A stretch of DNA of 64,000 nt from Elusimicrobiota bacterium (GTDB lineage Bacteria; Elusimicrobiota; Endomicrobiia; Endomicrobiales; JBDRNC01). Made by a program: the position numbers and the translations under genes. The notes below the pieces were generated by a model that made no database searches, was not told where the DNA came from, and saw nothing but the letters and a program-made list of their open reading frames with translations. The DNA lies in NCBI GenBank assembly GCA_043811535.1, contig JBDRNC010000017.1, forward strand, positions 1-64,000, in the 5' to 3' direction. Below, one piece after another: positions 1-9,263 of the stretch. How positions within the stretch are numbered: the first letter of the stretch is position 1; every line of letters begins with the position of its first letter.

Positions 1-156
1 GCCGAGATATATATTGCCGATAAGGAAGGACGTCTGAACGGCAAACCCCATCAACCCGCCCGCTATCCCCGTAAAATGCACAACCCCGAAAAACACCGAC
101 AACCAGAACAAAAATTCCGACCACTTCTCACGAACACTGCCCACAGTTTGGTTCAT
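1..156 (-). CDS. Hypothetical membrane protein, N-terminal part (runs off window)
   Basis: ATG at 156 preceded by AAGGGGAG; open hydrophobic frame MNQTVGSVREKWSDEFLFWLSVFFGVVHF... to the window edge. Confidence 0.5.
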   Translation of the reverse strand, partial: MNQTVGSVREKWSEFLFWLSVFFGVVHFTGIAGGLMGFAVQTSFLIGNIYLG

Positions 157-283
157 TTGCAACTCCCCTTTATTTAGCGTATAGAAAAGCCTTTTTACGG
201 GGTCGCCTATCGCAATAAAAAACCAAGGCATGAAGAATACCTTGCTTTCTATTGCACATTTTTGACTTTATTTCTTCTAATAT

Positions 284-1018
284 TTATTTAGTGAGTTTTA
301 TGGGGTTGTTATGATGATTTACAAGTCTTTTAATATGGTTTAAATAGTATGACTGATATTGAGTGCCGGAAAACTGATTTAACTCTTTTACTAGTGTATT
401 ATATTCATCCGAGTTGATTTTACTTTTATCATGCTTTCTTATATATTCTTCAGCTTTCAAAGAATATAACTCACATTCTATTTGCACGAGAAATTTATCA
501 TCGTTTCCTGAAAATAAATCCTTTGATTTGGAATAATCGGTAATAGCCTGAGAATATGCGTCCTCAATATTTGCATCTAAAATATCTTTGGAAAAGGGAA
601 AATAGGCATATTGAAGCAAGTCATATATTCTATTGTAAATAATCGCTCTGAAATAGTAATGTTGCCATTGCACATTTTTCAAGCTTCTAATGATTATATT
701 AATTTCTTCTAAAGCTCTAAAGTAATGTTTGTTTTTATAGTCCGTTTGTGCTAATTCTATCAAGTCATCAGTTATAGGTATTGTTTCAAGAATTAATTTG
801 TCTATCTTTTGAGATAAATCGCTATATTCTATCCTCGCTTGTCCATTACTTATTTCTTTGTTTATTCCATCTTTGATGCCTTGAAAATAGGCTAATGTTG
901 CTACAAGCGCCGCGCAAACCAATACTAGATTATTGAACTTCTTATATTTGCAGAAAATACCTACGATTGTAAACATAAAAATGCCAGTAATTATTAGATA
1001 TTGATATAAATAGGCCAT
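284..1018 (-). CDS. AT-rich hypothetical protein with two N-terminal TM segments and TPR-like helices
   Basis: 244-aa ORF; hydrophobic N-terminus; TPR-like YYFRAIIY...AITDYSK; visibly lower GC than neighbours. Confidence 0.6.
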   Translation of the reverse strand: MAYLYQYLIITGIFMFTIVGIFCKYKKFNNLVLVCAALVATLAYFQGIKDGINKEISNGQARIEYSDLSQKIDKLILETIPITDDLIELAQTDYKNKHYFRALEEINIIIRSLKNVQWQHYYFRAIIYNRIYDLLQYAYFPFSKDILDANIEDAYSQAITDYSKSKDLFSGNDDKFLVQIECELYSLKAEEYIRKHDKSKINSDEYNTLVKELNQFSGTQYQSYYLNHIKRLVNHHNNPIKLTK

Positions 1019-1332
1019 ATTTTTAGAAGTGCCTTTCTTCGATATTTTTTGAATAGAATAAAACTAAGATACCTCTTTGGTGTATGATTGTCAAGATTTG
1101 TTGTTATTGCGATGGGCGAACGAAAGTGAGCACTCGCCGCGGCGAGAATGCCGGTTAGGCATACATCGCAACACCCATCATTTTATAAGCCAGAGAACAG
1201 TAATTATAGGGCGAGGGGCAATCCATAGAAAACCCTCACGAGCCCGACTTGGGCTTGTGGGAGGGTCTCGTGCGGGAGTCCGAGTGCTGCGAGGACGTTT
1301 TTCGAGGATTGGCCCCGAGCCGAACAAACTGC

Positions 1333-1360
1333 GAGATTGCTTCACTTCGTTCGCAATGAC
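1333..1360. repeat. REP-like palindromic element
   Basis: GAGATTGCTTCACTTCGTTCGCAATGAC just past the polX stop; degenerate partner pieces GTTATTGCGA (~1103) and GGCAATCC (~1217). Confidence 0.55.
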
Positions 1361-1363
1361 AGA

Positions 1364-3088
1364 CTATTTGTTCAGGTATTTAAAGAGGTCGTGGAGCGTG
1401 AGTGTATTAAGCACATCTTTCTTTTCCATCCAGCCGCGCTGGGCGACGGCAACGCCCAATTCCATGTTAGGGAATTGCTCAACCGAATGAGAATCCGTTC
1501 CGATAGCAACTCTGACGCCCATCTCCTTGGCTTTCCTGCAGTATATATCGTAGAGGTCGAGGCGCTGGGGGTATGAGTTGATCTCCAACAGTTTCCCCGT
1601 TTCCTTGGCGGCTTCAAGCACTTTTTCAACGTTTACCGCGTATCCTTCGCGTTCATTTATCAGCCGGCCTGTGAGGTGTCCGATGCAGTTCACGTAAGGA
1701 TTCCTGAGCGCCGAAATAATCCGGTTCGTTATCTGTTCTTCGCTCTGCTTAAATCCCGTGTGCACGGAAGCGATGACCCAGTCGAGCTGTTTAAGTATTT
1801 CGTCGGGATAATCCAGCGAGCCGTCGCTGTGTATGTCAACTTCCGTGCCGCACAGCACGCGGAAACCCTTGAGTTTTTTATTTAAATGTTCTATTTCTTT
1901 GATTTTTTTGTGAAGAATGTCCGAACTCAATCCGCGCGCGACTTTCAAGCTCTGCGAGTGATCCGTTATGACTATCCACTCGTAACCGGCTTCCCGCGCC
2001 CTTTCGGCTATTTCGGCAATTGTGTGCGAGCCGTCGCTGTAAGTCGAATGGACGTGGAAATCGCCCTTGATGTCTTTCAATTCAATAAGTTTCGGGAGTT
2101 TCTTATGGAGCGCCGCTTCTAACTCCCCCCTGTCCTCGCGCAGGGCGGGCGGGATATAAGGCAGGCCTAAACTTTTATAAACATCTTCTTCGGTTTTTGA
2201 GGCGATAGCTTTCTTTTTATCAGAGATTTTAAATACGCCGTACTCATTTATTGTCAGGCCTTTGTCCCTGGCAAATCCGCGGAGGGCGACGTTATGCTCT
2301 TTTGAACCCGTAAAATACTGCAATGCCGCGCCGAAACTTTCGTCTTCCACCACGCGCAGGTCAACCTGAATGCCTTCATCGGTTATAATGCTGCCCTTGG
2401 TATCACCCGCGGCAAGCACCCTCTTAACGTTTTTTAATTTGGTAAAACACCCTACGACATGCTTTTCGGTATTGCTTACGACAGAGCATAGGATATCAAT
2501 GTCGCCTATGGTTTCTTTGAACCTTCGGAGAGAACCGGCGGGGCTTATCCGCTTGATATACTTGTTTCTCTTAAGTTCGGAGATAACTGAGCGCGCCGCG
2601 TTGAGAGCTTCGTCCAGAAGGATCCTGCCGCCGAAACTTTTCCGCAGCGCGATGCCCTTGAGAATGTTCTCTTCGGTCTTCTCGCCGAAACCTGGCAGCC
2701 CGCGGATTTTTCCTTCCTTTGCGGCCTTTTCGAGCGAAGGTATACCGTCGATATTGAGCTTGTCGAAAAGGATTTTTGCTTTTTTAGGGCCCATGCCCTG
2801 GACGGACATGATGTCCAGAAGCCCCTGAGGGAATATTTTTTTGAGTTCGTCGAGATAGGGAATTTTGCCGGAAGAAAGGTAGTCGTTGATCTTTTCGGCG
2901 ATGCCGGCTCCAATGCCGGGAATCTCCAGAAGTTTTCCCCGCGCGGCGATGTCTTCAATCGGGTCAGGCAGGGCGCTTATGACCTGCGCGGCGCGCTCAT
3001 AAGCTCTGATCTTGAATATATTTTCATCGCCCAGCGACAGGAGTTCGGCAATTTCGGTGAACAATCCGGACAATTCCTTATTTTTCAT
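1364..3088 (-). CDS. polX: DNA polymerase X / PHP 3'-5' exonuclease
   Basis: AGSLRR..ETIGDIDIL and LQYFTGSKEHN PolX motifs; PHP motifs DFHVHSTYSDG, ITDHS, GTDSH. Confidence 0.95.
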   Translation of the reverse strand: MKNKELSGLFTEIAELLSLGDENIFKIRAYERAAQVISALPDPIEDIAARGKLLEIPGIGAGIAEKINDYLSSGKIPYLDELKKIFPQGLLDIMSVQGMGPKKAKILFDKLNIDGIPSLEKAAKEGKIRGLPGFGEKTEENILKGIALRKSFGGRILLDEALNAARSVISELKRNKYIKRISPAGSLRRFKETIGDIDILCSVVSNTEKHVVGCFTKLKNVKRVLAAGDTKGSIITDEGIQVDLRVVEDESFGAALQYFTGSKEHNVALRGFARDKGLTINEYGVFKISDKKKAIASKTEEDVYKSLGLPYIPPALREDRGELEAALHKKLPKLIELKDIKGDFHVHSTYSDGSHTIAEIAERAREAGYEWIVITDHSQSLKVARGLSSDILHKKIKEIEHLNKKLKGFRVLCGTEVDIHSDGSLDYPDEILKQLDWVIASVHTGFKQSEEQITNRIISALRNPYVNCIGHLTGRLINEREGYAVNVEKVLEAAKETGKLLEINSYPQRLDLYDIYCRKAKEMGVRVAIGTDSHSVEQFPNMELGVAVAQRGWMEKKDVLNTLTLHDLFKYLNK

Positions 3089-3095
3089 AGTAAAG

Positions 3096-3239
3096 ACGAT
3101 TACACTGATTTTAAACTGCGATTACACCGATTACATATCCGTGAAATCTTTGTTAATAATCTGTGTAATCTCTGTATCTAATCTGTGAAATCTTTGTGCC
3201 AAATCTGTGTAATCTTTTTATCTAATCTGTGTAATCGTT
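3096..3239. repeat. GATTACAC/ATCTGTGTAATC inverted-repeat element, copy 1
   Basis: GATTACAC units followed by complementary (A)TCTGTGTAATC units; 3143-3239 identical to 8530-8626. Confidence 0.85.
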
Positions 3240-3242
3240 GTT

Positions 3243-4808
3243 CTAATGCTTAAAATGCCTTACGCCGGTAAAGACCATCGCCATCTTGTGCTCGTCGGCG
3301 GCCTTTATGGAATCTTCATCCCGTATTGAACCGCCCGGCTGGATGATGGACTGGACGCCGAGTTTCGCCGATTCGTTCACGACGTCGTTGAACGGGAAGA
3401 AAGCATCGGATGCCAGCACAAGCGGGATCGAATCGTCGTATGATGCTTTGTCTACGGCCTTCATTTTTTCAATGGCTATTTTCAGAGAATCAATCCTGGA
3501 CATTTGTCCGGCTCCGACTCCCACCGTCTGAGAGCCGCGCACGAGTATTATAGCGTTCGATTTGACGTTCTTGCAGACTTTCATCGCGAACTTGAGCGAT
3601 TCAAGCTCGGCTTTTTTCGGCGCGCGTTTCGTGACTGTCTTTGTTTCATTCAGCAGGAGCTCGTCCTTGTCCTGCGTCAGCATGCCTCCGGATATCTGGC
3701 GGAACTCGTAGTTCAGCGTGCCGGCCGGTTTGGCAGGCCTGGAGGGTTGTTCAAGCAGGCGCAGGTTCTTCTTGCCGGCGAAGACCTGCTTTGCCTTTTC
3801 GGAAAATGACGGCGCGATGACGCATTCGGTGAAAACCTTGACCACTTCGCCGGCGGTGTCGCCGTCAACCTCGCGGTTGAAAGCGATAATTCCGCCGAAC
3901 GCGCTGACAGGATCGCAGGCGAGCGCTTTCTTGTGCGCTTCAAGTATGCTTCCGGCTTCCGCGCAGCCACAGGGGTTGTTATGTTTGATTATCGCGCAGG
4001 CCGCGTCCTCGAATTCCCAGACAAGTTTCCATGCCGAGTCAAGGTCAAGATAGTTGTTGTATGAAAGTTCTTTCCCCTGCAGGATTTTCGCGGATACTAT
4101 GCCCGTTCCGGTCGTGTCCAGCCCGTATCTGTAAACCGATGCTTTCTGGTGCGGGTTCTCGCCGTAGCGCAGGGAGGCTATGCGTTTAATGGGTATGCTG
4201 AATTCATAAGGGAAGTTTTCCGCGGTCAAATAGCCGGATATGAGCGAGTCGTAGTACGCCGTGTGGCGGAAGGCCTTCGCGGCGAGATCCCTGCGGAATT
4301 CGGGTGTGATGCTTTTCGCTTTTATCTTTTCTATGATGACGGGATAGTCGGCCGGGTCGCAGACGACGAGCACGTCTTTGAAGTTCTTGGCCGCGGCGCG
4401 CAGGAGCGCCACGCCGCCTATATCTATGTTCTCGATTATATCTTCGGTGATCGCGTTCGTTTTGGACGCGTTCCTGTTTATGGTTTCTTCAAAGGGGTAT
4501 AGATTCACGGCGACGATGTCAATGGGCTCTATCTTGTGTTTTTTAAGCTCCTCAAGATGGGATTTTTTGTCCCTTCGCGCGAGAATTCCGCCGTGAATCT
4601 TGGGATTAAGCGTTTTGACTCTGCCGTCCAGCGTCTCGGGAAAACCGGTGACGTCCGAGATTTCCCTGCAGTCAACCTTGCTTTCGGAAAGCGCCTTTGC
4701 CGTTCCTCCGCTTGAGATGATCTTGATGCCGAGCTTGTTCAATTCTTTCGCGAACTCGACTACGCCCTTTTTGTCAGATACGCTGATCAACGCCTGTTTG
4801 ATGGTCAT
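3243..4808 (-). CDS. purH: Bifunctional AICAR transformylase / IMP cyclohydrolase
   Basis: ALISVSDKKG, GRVKTL, IDIGG, LRYGENPHQ, SDAFFPF, GVRHFKH. Confidence 0.98.
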   Translation of the reverse strand: MTIKQALISVSDKKGVVEFAKELNKLGIKIISSGGTAKALSESKVDCREISDVTGFPETLDGRVKTLNPKIHGGILARRDKKSHLEELKKHKIEPIDIVAVNLYPFEETINRNASKTNAITEDIIENIDIGGVALLRAAAKNFKDVLVVCDPADYPVIIEKIKAKSITPEFRRDLAAKAFRHTAYYDSLISGYLTAENFPYEFSIPIKRIASLRYGENPHQKASVYRYGLDTTGTGIVSAKILQGKELSYNNYLDLDSAWKLVWEFEDAACAIIKHNNPCGCAEAGSILEAHKKALACDPVSAFGGIIAFNREVDGDTAGEVVKVFTECVIAPSFSEKAKQVFAGKKNLRLLEQPSRPAKPAGTLNYEFRQISGGMLTQDKDELLLNETKTVTKRAPKKAELESLKFAMKVCKNVKSNAIILVRGSQTVGVGAGQMSRIDSLKIAIEKMKAVDKASYDDSIPLVLASDAFFPFNDVVNESAKLGVQSIIQPGGSIRDEDSIKAADEHKMAMVFTGVRHFKH

Positions 4809-4853
4809 TTGTTTTTCCTTTCCTTTGTTCCATTCCGGCCGGCTCGGAAGGCG

Positions 4854-5669
4854 TTACTTGATCGCGCCTGCCGTGAGCCCCGATACTATTCTCCGCTGGA
4901 AAATAAAGACAAGAATTATGAGAGGAACTGTCACTGTTGTCGCCGCCGCGAAAAGCGTGCCCCAAGGGGTCTCGTACATACCCGGAAACATCGTTATCCC
5001 GACTGTCACGGTCCGCATGTTAAGGCTCGTGTTGAACACGAGCGCGAAAAGGAACTCGTTCCAGCAGTATATGAACACGAGTATCGCGGCTGAGAATAAC
5101 CCGGGATACGCCACGGGCAGCACTATTTTACATAAAACTGACAGGGGTGTGCAACCGTCAACGAGCGCCGCTTCCTCAAGTTCCGAGGGAAGCTCGCGGA
5201 AAAAATTGGTCAGCAGCCATACCGCCAGCGGAAGGCCGAACGATGTGTATACGAGCGCCAGGCCTATGTGTGTGTTCAGCAATCCCATGCTTCTTAGCGT
5301 CAGGAAAAGCGGGCTGAGCACGGCCACCTGGGGAAACATTGCAACGCCGAGCATCAGCGCGAGGATAAGATTCTTCCCCTTCATGGGCAGTCGCGCGAGG
5401 GCGTAGCCGCAAAGAGAGCCGAACAGCAGGCACAGGAACGTCGCCGTCCCGGCGATAACGGCGGAGTTGACCAGATAGAGCCCGAAGGGCGGGCCCGAAT
5501 CGAAAACGCCGGCGTAATTTTGCAGATATATGTTTTCGGGGATGAACGTCAGTTTGTCTGAAAATATTTCGGCGGGAGCTTTGAGGGAAGTTATCACCTG
5601 CCAGCCGAAAGGCCAGACAAGGGCGATGAATGCCGCGGCGGCAATAACGCGGAAGAGATTCTTATTCAA
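4854..5669 (-). CDS. Carbohydrate ABC transporter permease (MalG-like)
   Basis: EAA loop ELEEAALVDG; probable TTG start at 5669 overlapping upstream stop. Confidence 0.9.
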   Translation of the reverse strand: MNKNLFRVIAAAAFIALVWPFGWQVITSLKAPAEIFSDKLTFIPENIYLQNYAGVFDSGPPFGLYLVNSAVIAGTATFLCLLFGSLCGYALARLPMKGKNLILALMLGVAMFPQVAVLSPLFLTLRSMGLLNTHIGLALVYTSFGLPLAVWLLTNFFRELPSELEEAALVDGCTPLSVLCKIVLPVAYPGLFSAAILVFIYCWNEFLFALVFNTSLNMRTVTVGITMFPGMYETPWGTLFAAATTVTVPLIILVFIFQRRIVSGLTAGAIK

Positions 5670-6534
5670 CGGATTTCCTCCGCAGGAGCATGATATAGAC
5701 CGCGGAGACCATCGCGACGACCGCGAACGTAGATGAGGCAAGAGCCGATCCCATGCCGAAATCGAGGTGCGAGAACATTTTTTTGTACGTGTAGAGCGAG
5801 ATGGTTTCGGTGGCGTTGCCGGGCCCGCCGCCCGTAAGCACGTAAACGGTGTCGAATATCCTCAGTGCGTCCATCGTCCTGAAAAGAAGCGAGATGAGTA
5901 TGACAGGCTTAAGCATCGGCAGCGTGATGAGCCGGAACCTCTGGAATGGCCCGGCCCCATCTACTTTCCCGCTCTCGTACAATTCTTCGGGTATCATCTG
6001 CATCCCGGCGAGCAGGAGGAGCGCGATGAACGGGGTGGTCTTCCATACCTCGGCGGCGACTATTGCGGCTTTTGCCAGCCACGGCGACGCAAGAAAGGCC
6101 TCAGGCGAGTTTAACAGGCCAAGTTGGATGAGCACGGCGTTAATCAGCCCGAAGCGGTCGTTGAATATCCATCTCCACAGCATTGCCGAGACTACCGTGG
6201 GCACGGCCCACGGAATGAGGGCCGAGGAGCGAAGCAAACCCCGTCCCCTGAATTTCGCGTGCAGAATCAGCGCGAGTGCCATGCCGAATACGAGTTCAAG
6301 CGAAACTGAGGATACCGTAAAAAAGAAAGTGTTGAGGAGTGCCTTTAGGGCCCTTTCATCGGAAAAAATCCGGATATAGTTATTGAGGCCGGCAAACCCG
6401 GACGCGCCTGAATGGAGATCCATGCTGAAAAATCCCAGGACGAACGAGTGGATCACCGGATAAACGGCGAAAACCAGCGTCATCAGAACCGCGGGCATAC
6501 AGAACCACAGAGAATATTTCCTGAAGTTGTGCAT
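5662..6534 (-). CDS. Carbohydrate ABC transporter permease (MalF-like)
   Basis: IPEELYESGKVDGA, TGGGPGNATET. Confidence 0.92.
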   Translation of the reverse strand: MHNFRKYSLWFCMPAVLMTLVFAVYPVIHSFVLGFFSMDLHSGASGFAGLNNYIRIFSDERALKALLNTFFFTVSSVSLELVFGMALALILHAKFRGRGLLRSSALIPWAVPTVVSAMLWRWIFNDRFGLINAVLIQLGLLNSPEAFLASPWLAKAAIVAAEVWKTTPFIALLLLAGMQMIPEELYESGKVDGAGPFQRFRLITLPMLKPVILISLLFRTMDALRIFDTVYVLTGGGPGNATETISLYTYKKMFSHLDFGMGSALASSTFAVVAMVSAVYIMLLRRKSVE

Positions 6535-6543
6535 TGGCCGGGA

Positions 6544-7800
6544 TTACATTCCTTTTCCGGAGAGTCCGGCGAGCTTGCTGTCGATGCTTTTAAGGGCTTC
6601 CGCGATGTTTTTTTGTTTTGTCAGCGCCTGGTGGACTTCGATCTGGATGATATCCGACATCTGCGAGTATACGGGCGAGGCCGGTCTGGGCTTGGCGTTT
6701 ACGAAAACATCGTAGAAATCGCCGTAATGCGGAGCGAACGCGAGAACGTCCTTGTCTTTGTAAACGGATTTCCGCGTCGGGAGCCGCCCGCCTTCTATCG
6801 CGTATACTTTCTGCGCTTCCGCGCTTGTCATGAACGTTATGAATTCCCACGCCGCGCCGGGATTCTTGGAGAACTTGGATATGCCGAGATTCCAGCCGCC
6901 GAGCGCCGAAGCTCCCTTAAACGGCGGGTTTCCGGGAAGCGGAGCGATGCCGACGAGCCCCGCCACTTTAGATTTTGTCTTGTCCTGCGCGAGCGCCCAC
7001 ACGTACGGCCAGTTCCTCAGGAAAACGGCTTTCCCCGATGTGAAGACCTGGCGGCTTTCCTCTTCCTTATACGCCAGTGTGCCTTCGGGGACAATCCTGT
7101 TTATATGAATCATATCGTACATGAAACCGAGCGCGCCGCGTCCGGCCGGGCTGTCAAGCGACGGTTTGCCGTTTTTATCCATGACGTCTCCCCCGAACGA
7201 CCACAGGTATTCGAGGAAATTGCAGACCAGCCCTTCGTATTGTTCTGCCTGGAATACAAAGCCGTTGATTTTGTATTTATTTCCTATGAGCAAAGCCTGT
7301 TTTTCAAGTTCCTCCCAGGTTTTCGGGTATGTCAGTTTTTCATTTTCAAGGAGGTCCTTGCGGTAATAGAGAACGCCCGCGTCGGTGAACCACGGCACGG
7401 CATACAGTTCTTTTTTATACGTGCATCCGTCCAGCGGGCCTTTCAGGAAGTCATTCCTGTCCGGGTATGTCAGTTTCCCTCCGAGCGGAAGAAGCCATCC
7501 GGCCGCGGCGAACTCGGCCGGCCAGATTATGTCGAGCGAATATATGTCTATGGAGGAATCATGTGCGGTAAGGTAAGTCACGTAGCTGTCGCGCTGGCTG
7601 TTGGCGGATTCTGGCATTTCAATCATATTGATTAAGTATTTGGGATGGCGTTCCATGAAAAGTTTGATAAGTTTTTTCTGGGCGCCGGTAGCGTCCTTTC
7701 CCACGGCCCATGTGAGCTGCAGCTTTCCCGCGGAGTTCTTTCCGCAGCCCGCCGCAAAGGCGAGCAGGAATGACAGCAATATGATCCGGATCCTTCTCAT
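6544..7800 (-). CDS. Sugar ABC transporter substrate-binding lipoprotein (trehalose/maltose type)
   Basis: Lipobox AAGC; DIIWPAEFA, YEGLVCNFLE, FLRNWPY, ALGGWNLG. Confidence 0.9.
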   Translation of the reverse strand: MRRIRIILLSFLLAFAAGCGKNSAGKLQLTWAVGKDATGAQKKLIKLFMERHPKYLINMIEMPESANSQRDSYVTYLTAHDSSIDIYSLDIIWPAEFAAAGWLLPLGGKLTYPDRNDFLKGPLDGCTYKKELYAVPWFTDAGVLYYRKDLLENEKLTYPKTWEELEKQALLIGNKYKINGFVFQAEQYEGLVCNFLEYLWSFGGDVMDKNGKPSLDSPAGRGALGFMYDMIHINRIVPEGTLAYKEEESRQVFTSGKAVFLRNWPYVWALAQDKTKSKVAGLVGIAPLPGNPPFKGASALGGWNLGISKFSKNPGAAWEFITFMTSAEAQKVYAIEGGRLPTRKSVYKDKDVLAFAPHYGDFYDVFVNAKPRPASPVYSQMSDIIQIEVHQALTKQKNIAEALKSIDSKLAGLSGKGM

Positions 7801-7817
7801 TTTACGCTCCTTTAGAA

Positions 7818-8462
7818 TTAATCAGTGCTGTTTTCAAGCCCTTTCTTCAATGATTTAAGGATTTCCCTGACGGTGTCGGGAGAAAAGCCGCGGCGCGCGA
7901 GAAAACCGGTAAGCCGGTGCGCGATAACTTCAGGCGGCTTGTCTTTCATCGCTTTAAGTTTCTTTTCCGCAATGGCCCTGGCGTGTTCGAGAACAACGTC
8001 GGAAGATTCCGGCATCCCCTTCATTACTTCGGATATTGTTTCCTGCGGGATGCCTTTGCGCCCCAGCTCGGCGCGTATGAGGGCCGGGCCCTTGCCTTTC
8101 ACTATTAGGCTTTGAGCGAACTCGCGCGCGAACTTATCATCGTTTATATAGCCGATGCGTTCAATCCTCGCGAGCGCGCCGTCAACGGCTTCGGGAGGCA
8201 ATTTCTTCCTAAGCAGTCTATCTTTAAGTTCTTTTTTTGAACGCGAGCTGTATTCAAGCAGGTGAAGCGCCGACTCAAAGGCCTTTGAGTTCTGTTCCTC
8301 GCCCGCTATCCTGTCTATGTCCGCCTGCTCAAGATTATCCCCGTCTTTTATCCCGGATTTCAAAAGTGTTTCTTCCGAGACCGAGAATGAATATTTATAG
8401 TCGACGAAGACCGAGTAGTGTTTTTGATTGCGCTTTTGTTTTTGGATAGAAGTTATTTTCAT
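7818..8462 (-). CDS. recX: Regulatory protein RecX
   Basis: RSKKELKDRL, GYINDDKFA, GPALIRAELGRKGI, FLARRGF. Confidence 0.92.
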   Translation of the reverse strand: MKITSIQKQKRNQKHYSVFVDYKYSFSVSEETLLKSGIKDGDNLEQADIDRIAGEEQNSKAFESALHLLEYSSRSKKELKDRLLRKKLPPEAVDGALARIERIGYINDDKFAREFAQSLIVKGKGPALIRAELGRKGIPQETISEVMKGMPESSDVVLEHARAIAEKKLKAMKDKPPEVIAHRLTGFLARRGFSPDTVREILKSLKKGLENSTD

Positions 8463-8466
8463 ATAA

Positions 8467-8626
8467 GACGATTACACTTGAAACGATTACATTGATTTAT
8501 AACTACGATTACACCGATTGAATATCTGCGAAATCTTTGTTAATAATCTGTGTAATCTCTGTATCTAATCTGTGAAATCTTTGTGCCAAATCTGTGTAAT
8601 CTTTTTATCTAATCTGTGTAATCGTT
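8467..8626. repeat. GATTACAC inverted-repeat element, copy 2
   Basis: Same architecture as copy 1; 97-bp exact match 8530-8626 = 3143-3239. Confidence 0.85.
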
Positions 8627-9208
8627 TTATCTTATCTTGATTCCGGCGGATTCCAGCTTTTTCAACAGTAAATCCCAGTGGGTGCCCTGCCAGTATATTT
8701 TACCGCATTTCACGCATTTTGAAAAGTTGTCCTGCGTAGAGAAGACGTACTCGGGCACGGCCTGTCTGACCTCATTTTTGTCGGATACGCGCTCTATAGG
8801 AGAGTTGCAGACGGTGCACCTTGTGAAAAGCCGCGCGCGGGAGATGTTAATCCCGAATTCCTGGACCAGCTGTTTTAACTGTTCTTCAAGGCGGTCGCTT
8901 TTTATATGGACCAGCTTCCAGGCGCGTTTTTCGCTGAGGCGGCTGTTGCGCGTCAGGAGTATCCTGTTTTCTTTCAGGCTCTCAAGGACCGGGCTTACGT
9001 TATTCTTCTCGCGGGTCCCGCCATCTTCAAAGCCCGGAACAATTACTTTGTTGAAAGCGGGATGTCGCCCCGTATCTGATCCGGCTATTTTAATTTTTGC
9101 TGAACGCGAAGGGGGCTCCATATAGCGAGCGTCGTATCCGAATATCCTCAGCCATTTTGCCAGGCGCCCGAGCATGAAATCAACAAGGAATTTAGGTTCT
9201 TTTGTCAT
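8627..9208 (-). CDS. Mut7-C (PIN-like) RNase domain protein with a 35-aa insertion
   Basis: FLVDFMLGRLAKWLRIFGYD, RILLTR, RCTVCN, CVKCGKIYWQGTH. Confidence 0.9.
   Translation of the reverse strand: MTKEPKFLVDFMLGRLAKWLRIFGYDARYMEPPSRSAKIKIAGSDTGRHPAFNKVIVPGFEDGGTREKNNVSPVLESLKENRILLTRNSRLSEKRAWKLVHIKSDRLEEQLKQLVQEFGINISRARLFTRCTVCNSPIERVSDKNEVRQAVPEYVFSTQDNFSKCVKCGKIYWQGTHWDLLLKKLESAGIKIR
9014..9118 (-). mobile_element. 105-bp in-frame inserted element, copy in Mut7-C gene
   Basis: Ungapped similarity to 11873-11977; same length, orientation and frame. Confidence 0.65.
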
Positions 9209-9263
9209 GAAACAAGTATTGTGTAATGAGTATTGTGTAATGCGCGATAAACCAATAACCGCA

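Noticed and set aside
1077..1490. 137-aa plus-strand ORF
   Set aside because: Reads through REP-like palindromes (RDCFTSFAMT) and the antisense of polX.
3096..3239. Possible CRISPR array in the TGTGTAATC repeats
   Set aside because: Units are short and degenerate with ~10-nt spacers, are arranged as inverted arms, and have no cas genes nearby.
6412..7635. Long plus-strand ORFs (also 53746-54768, 48416-49210, 59153-59929 and others)
   Set aside because: Antisense shadows of well-supported minus-strand genes, with no recognisable motifs.
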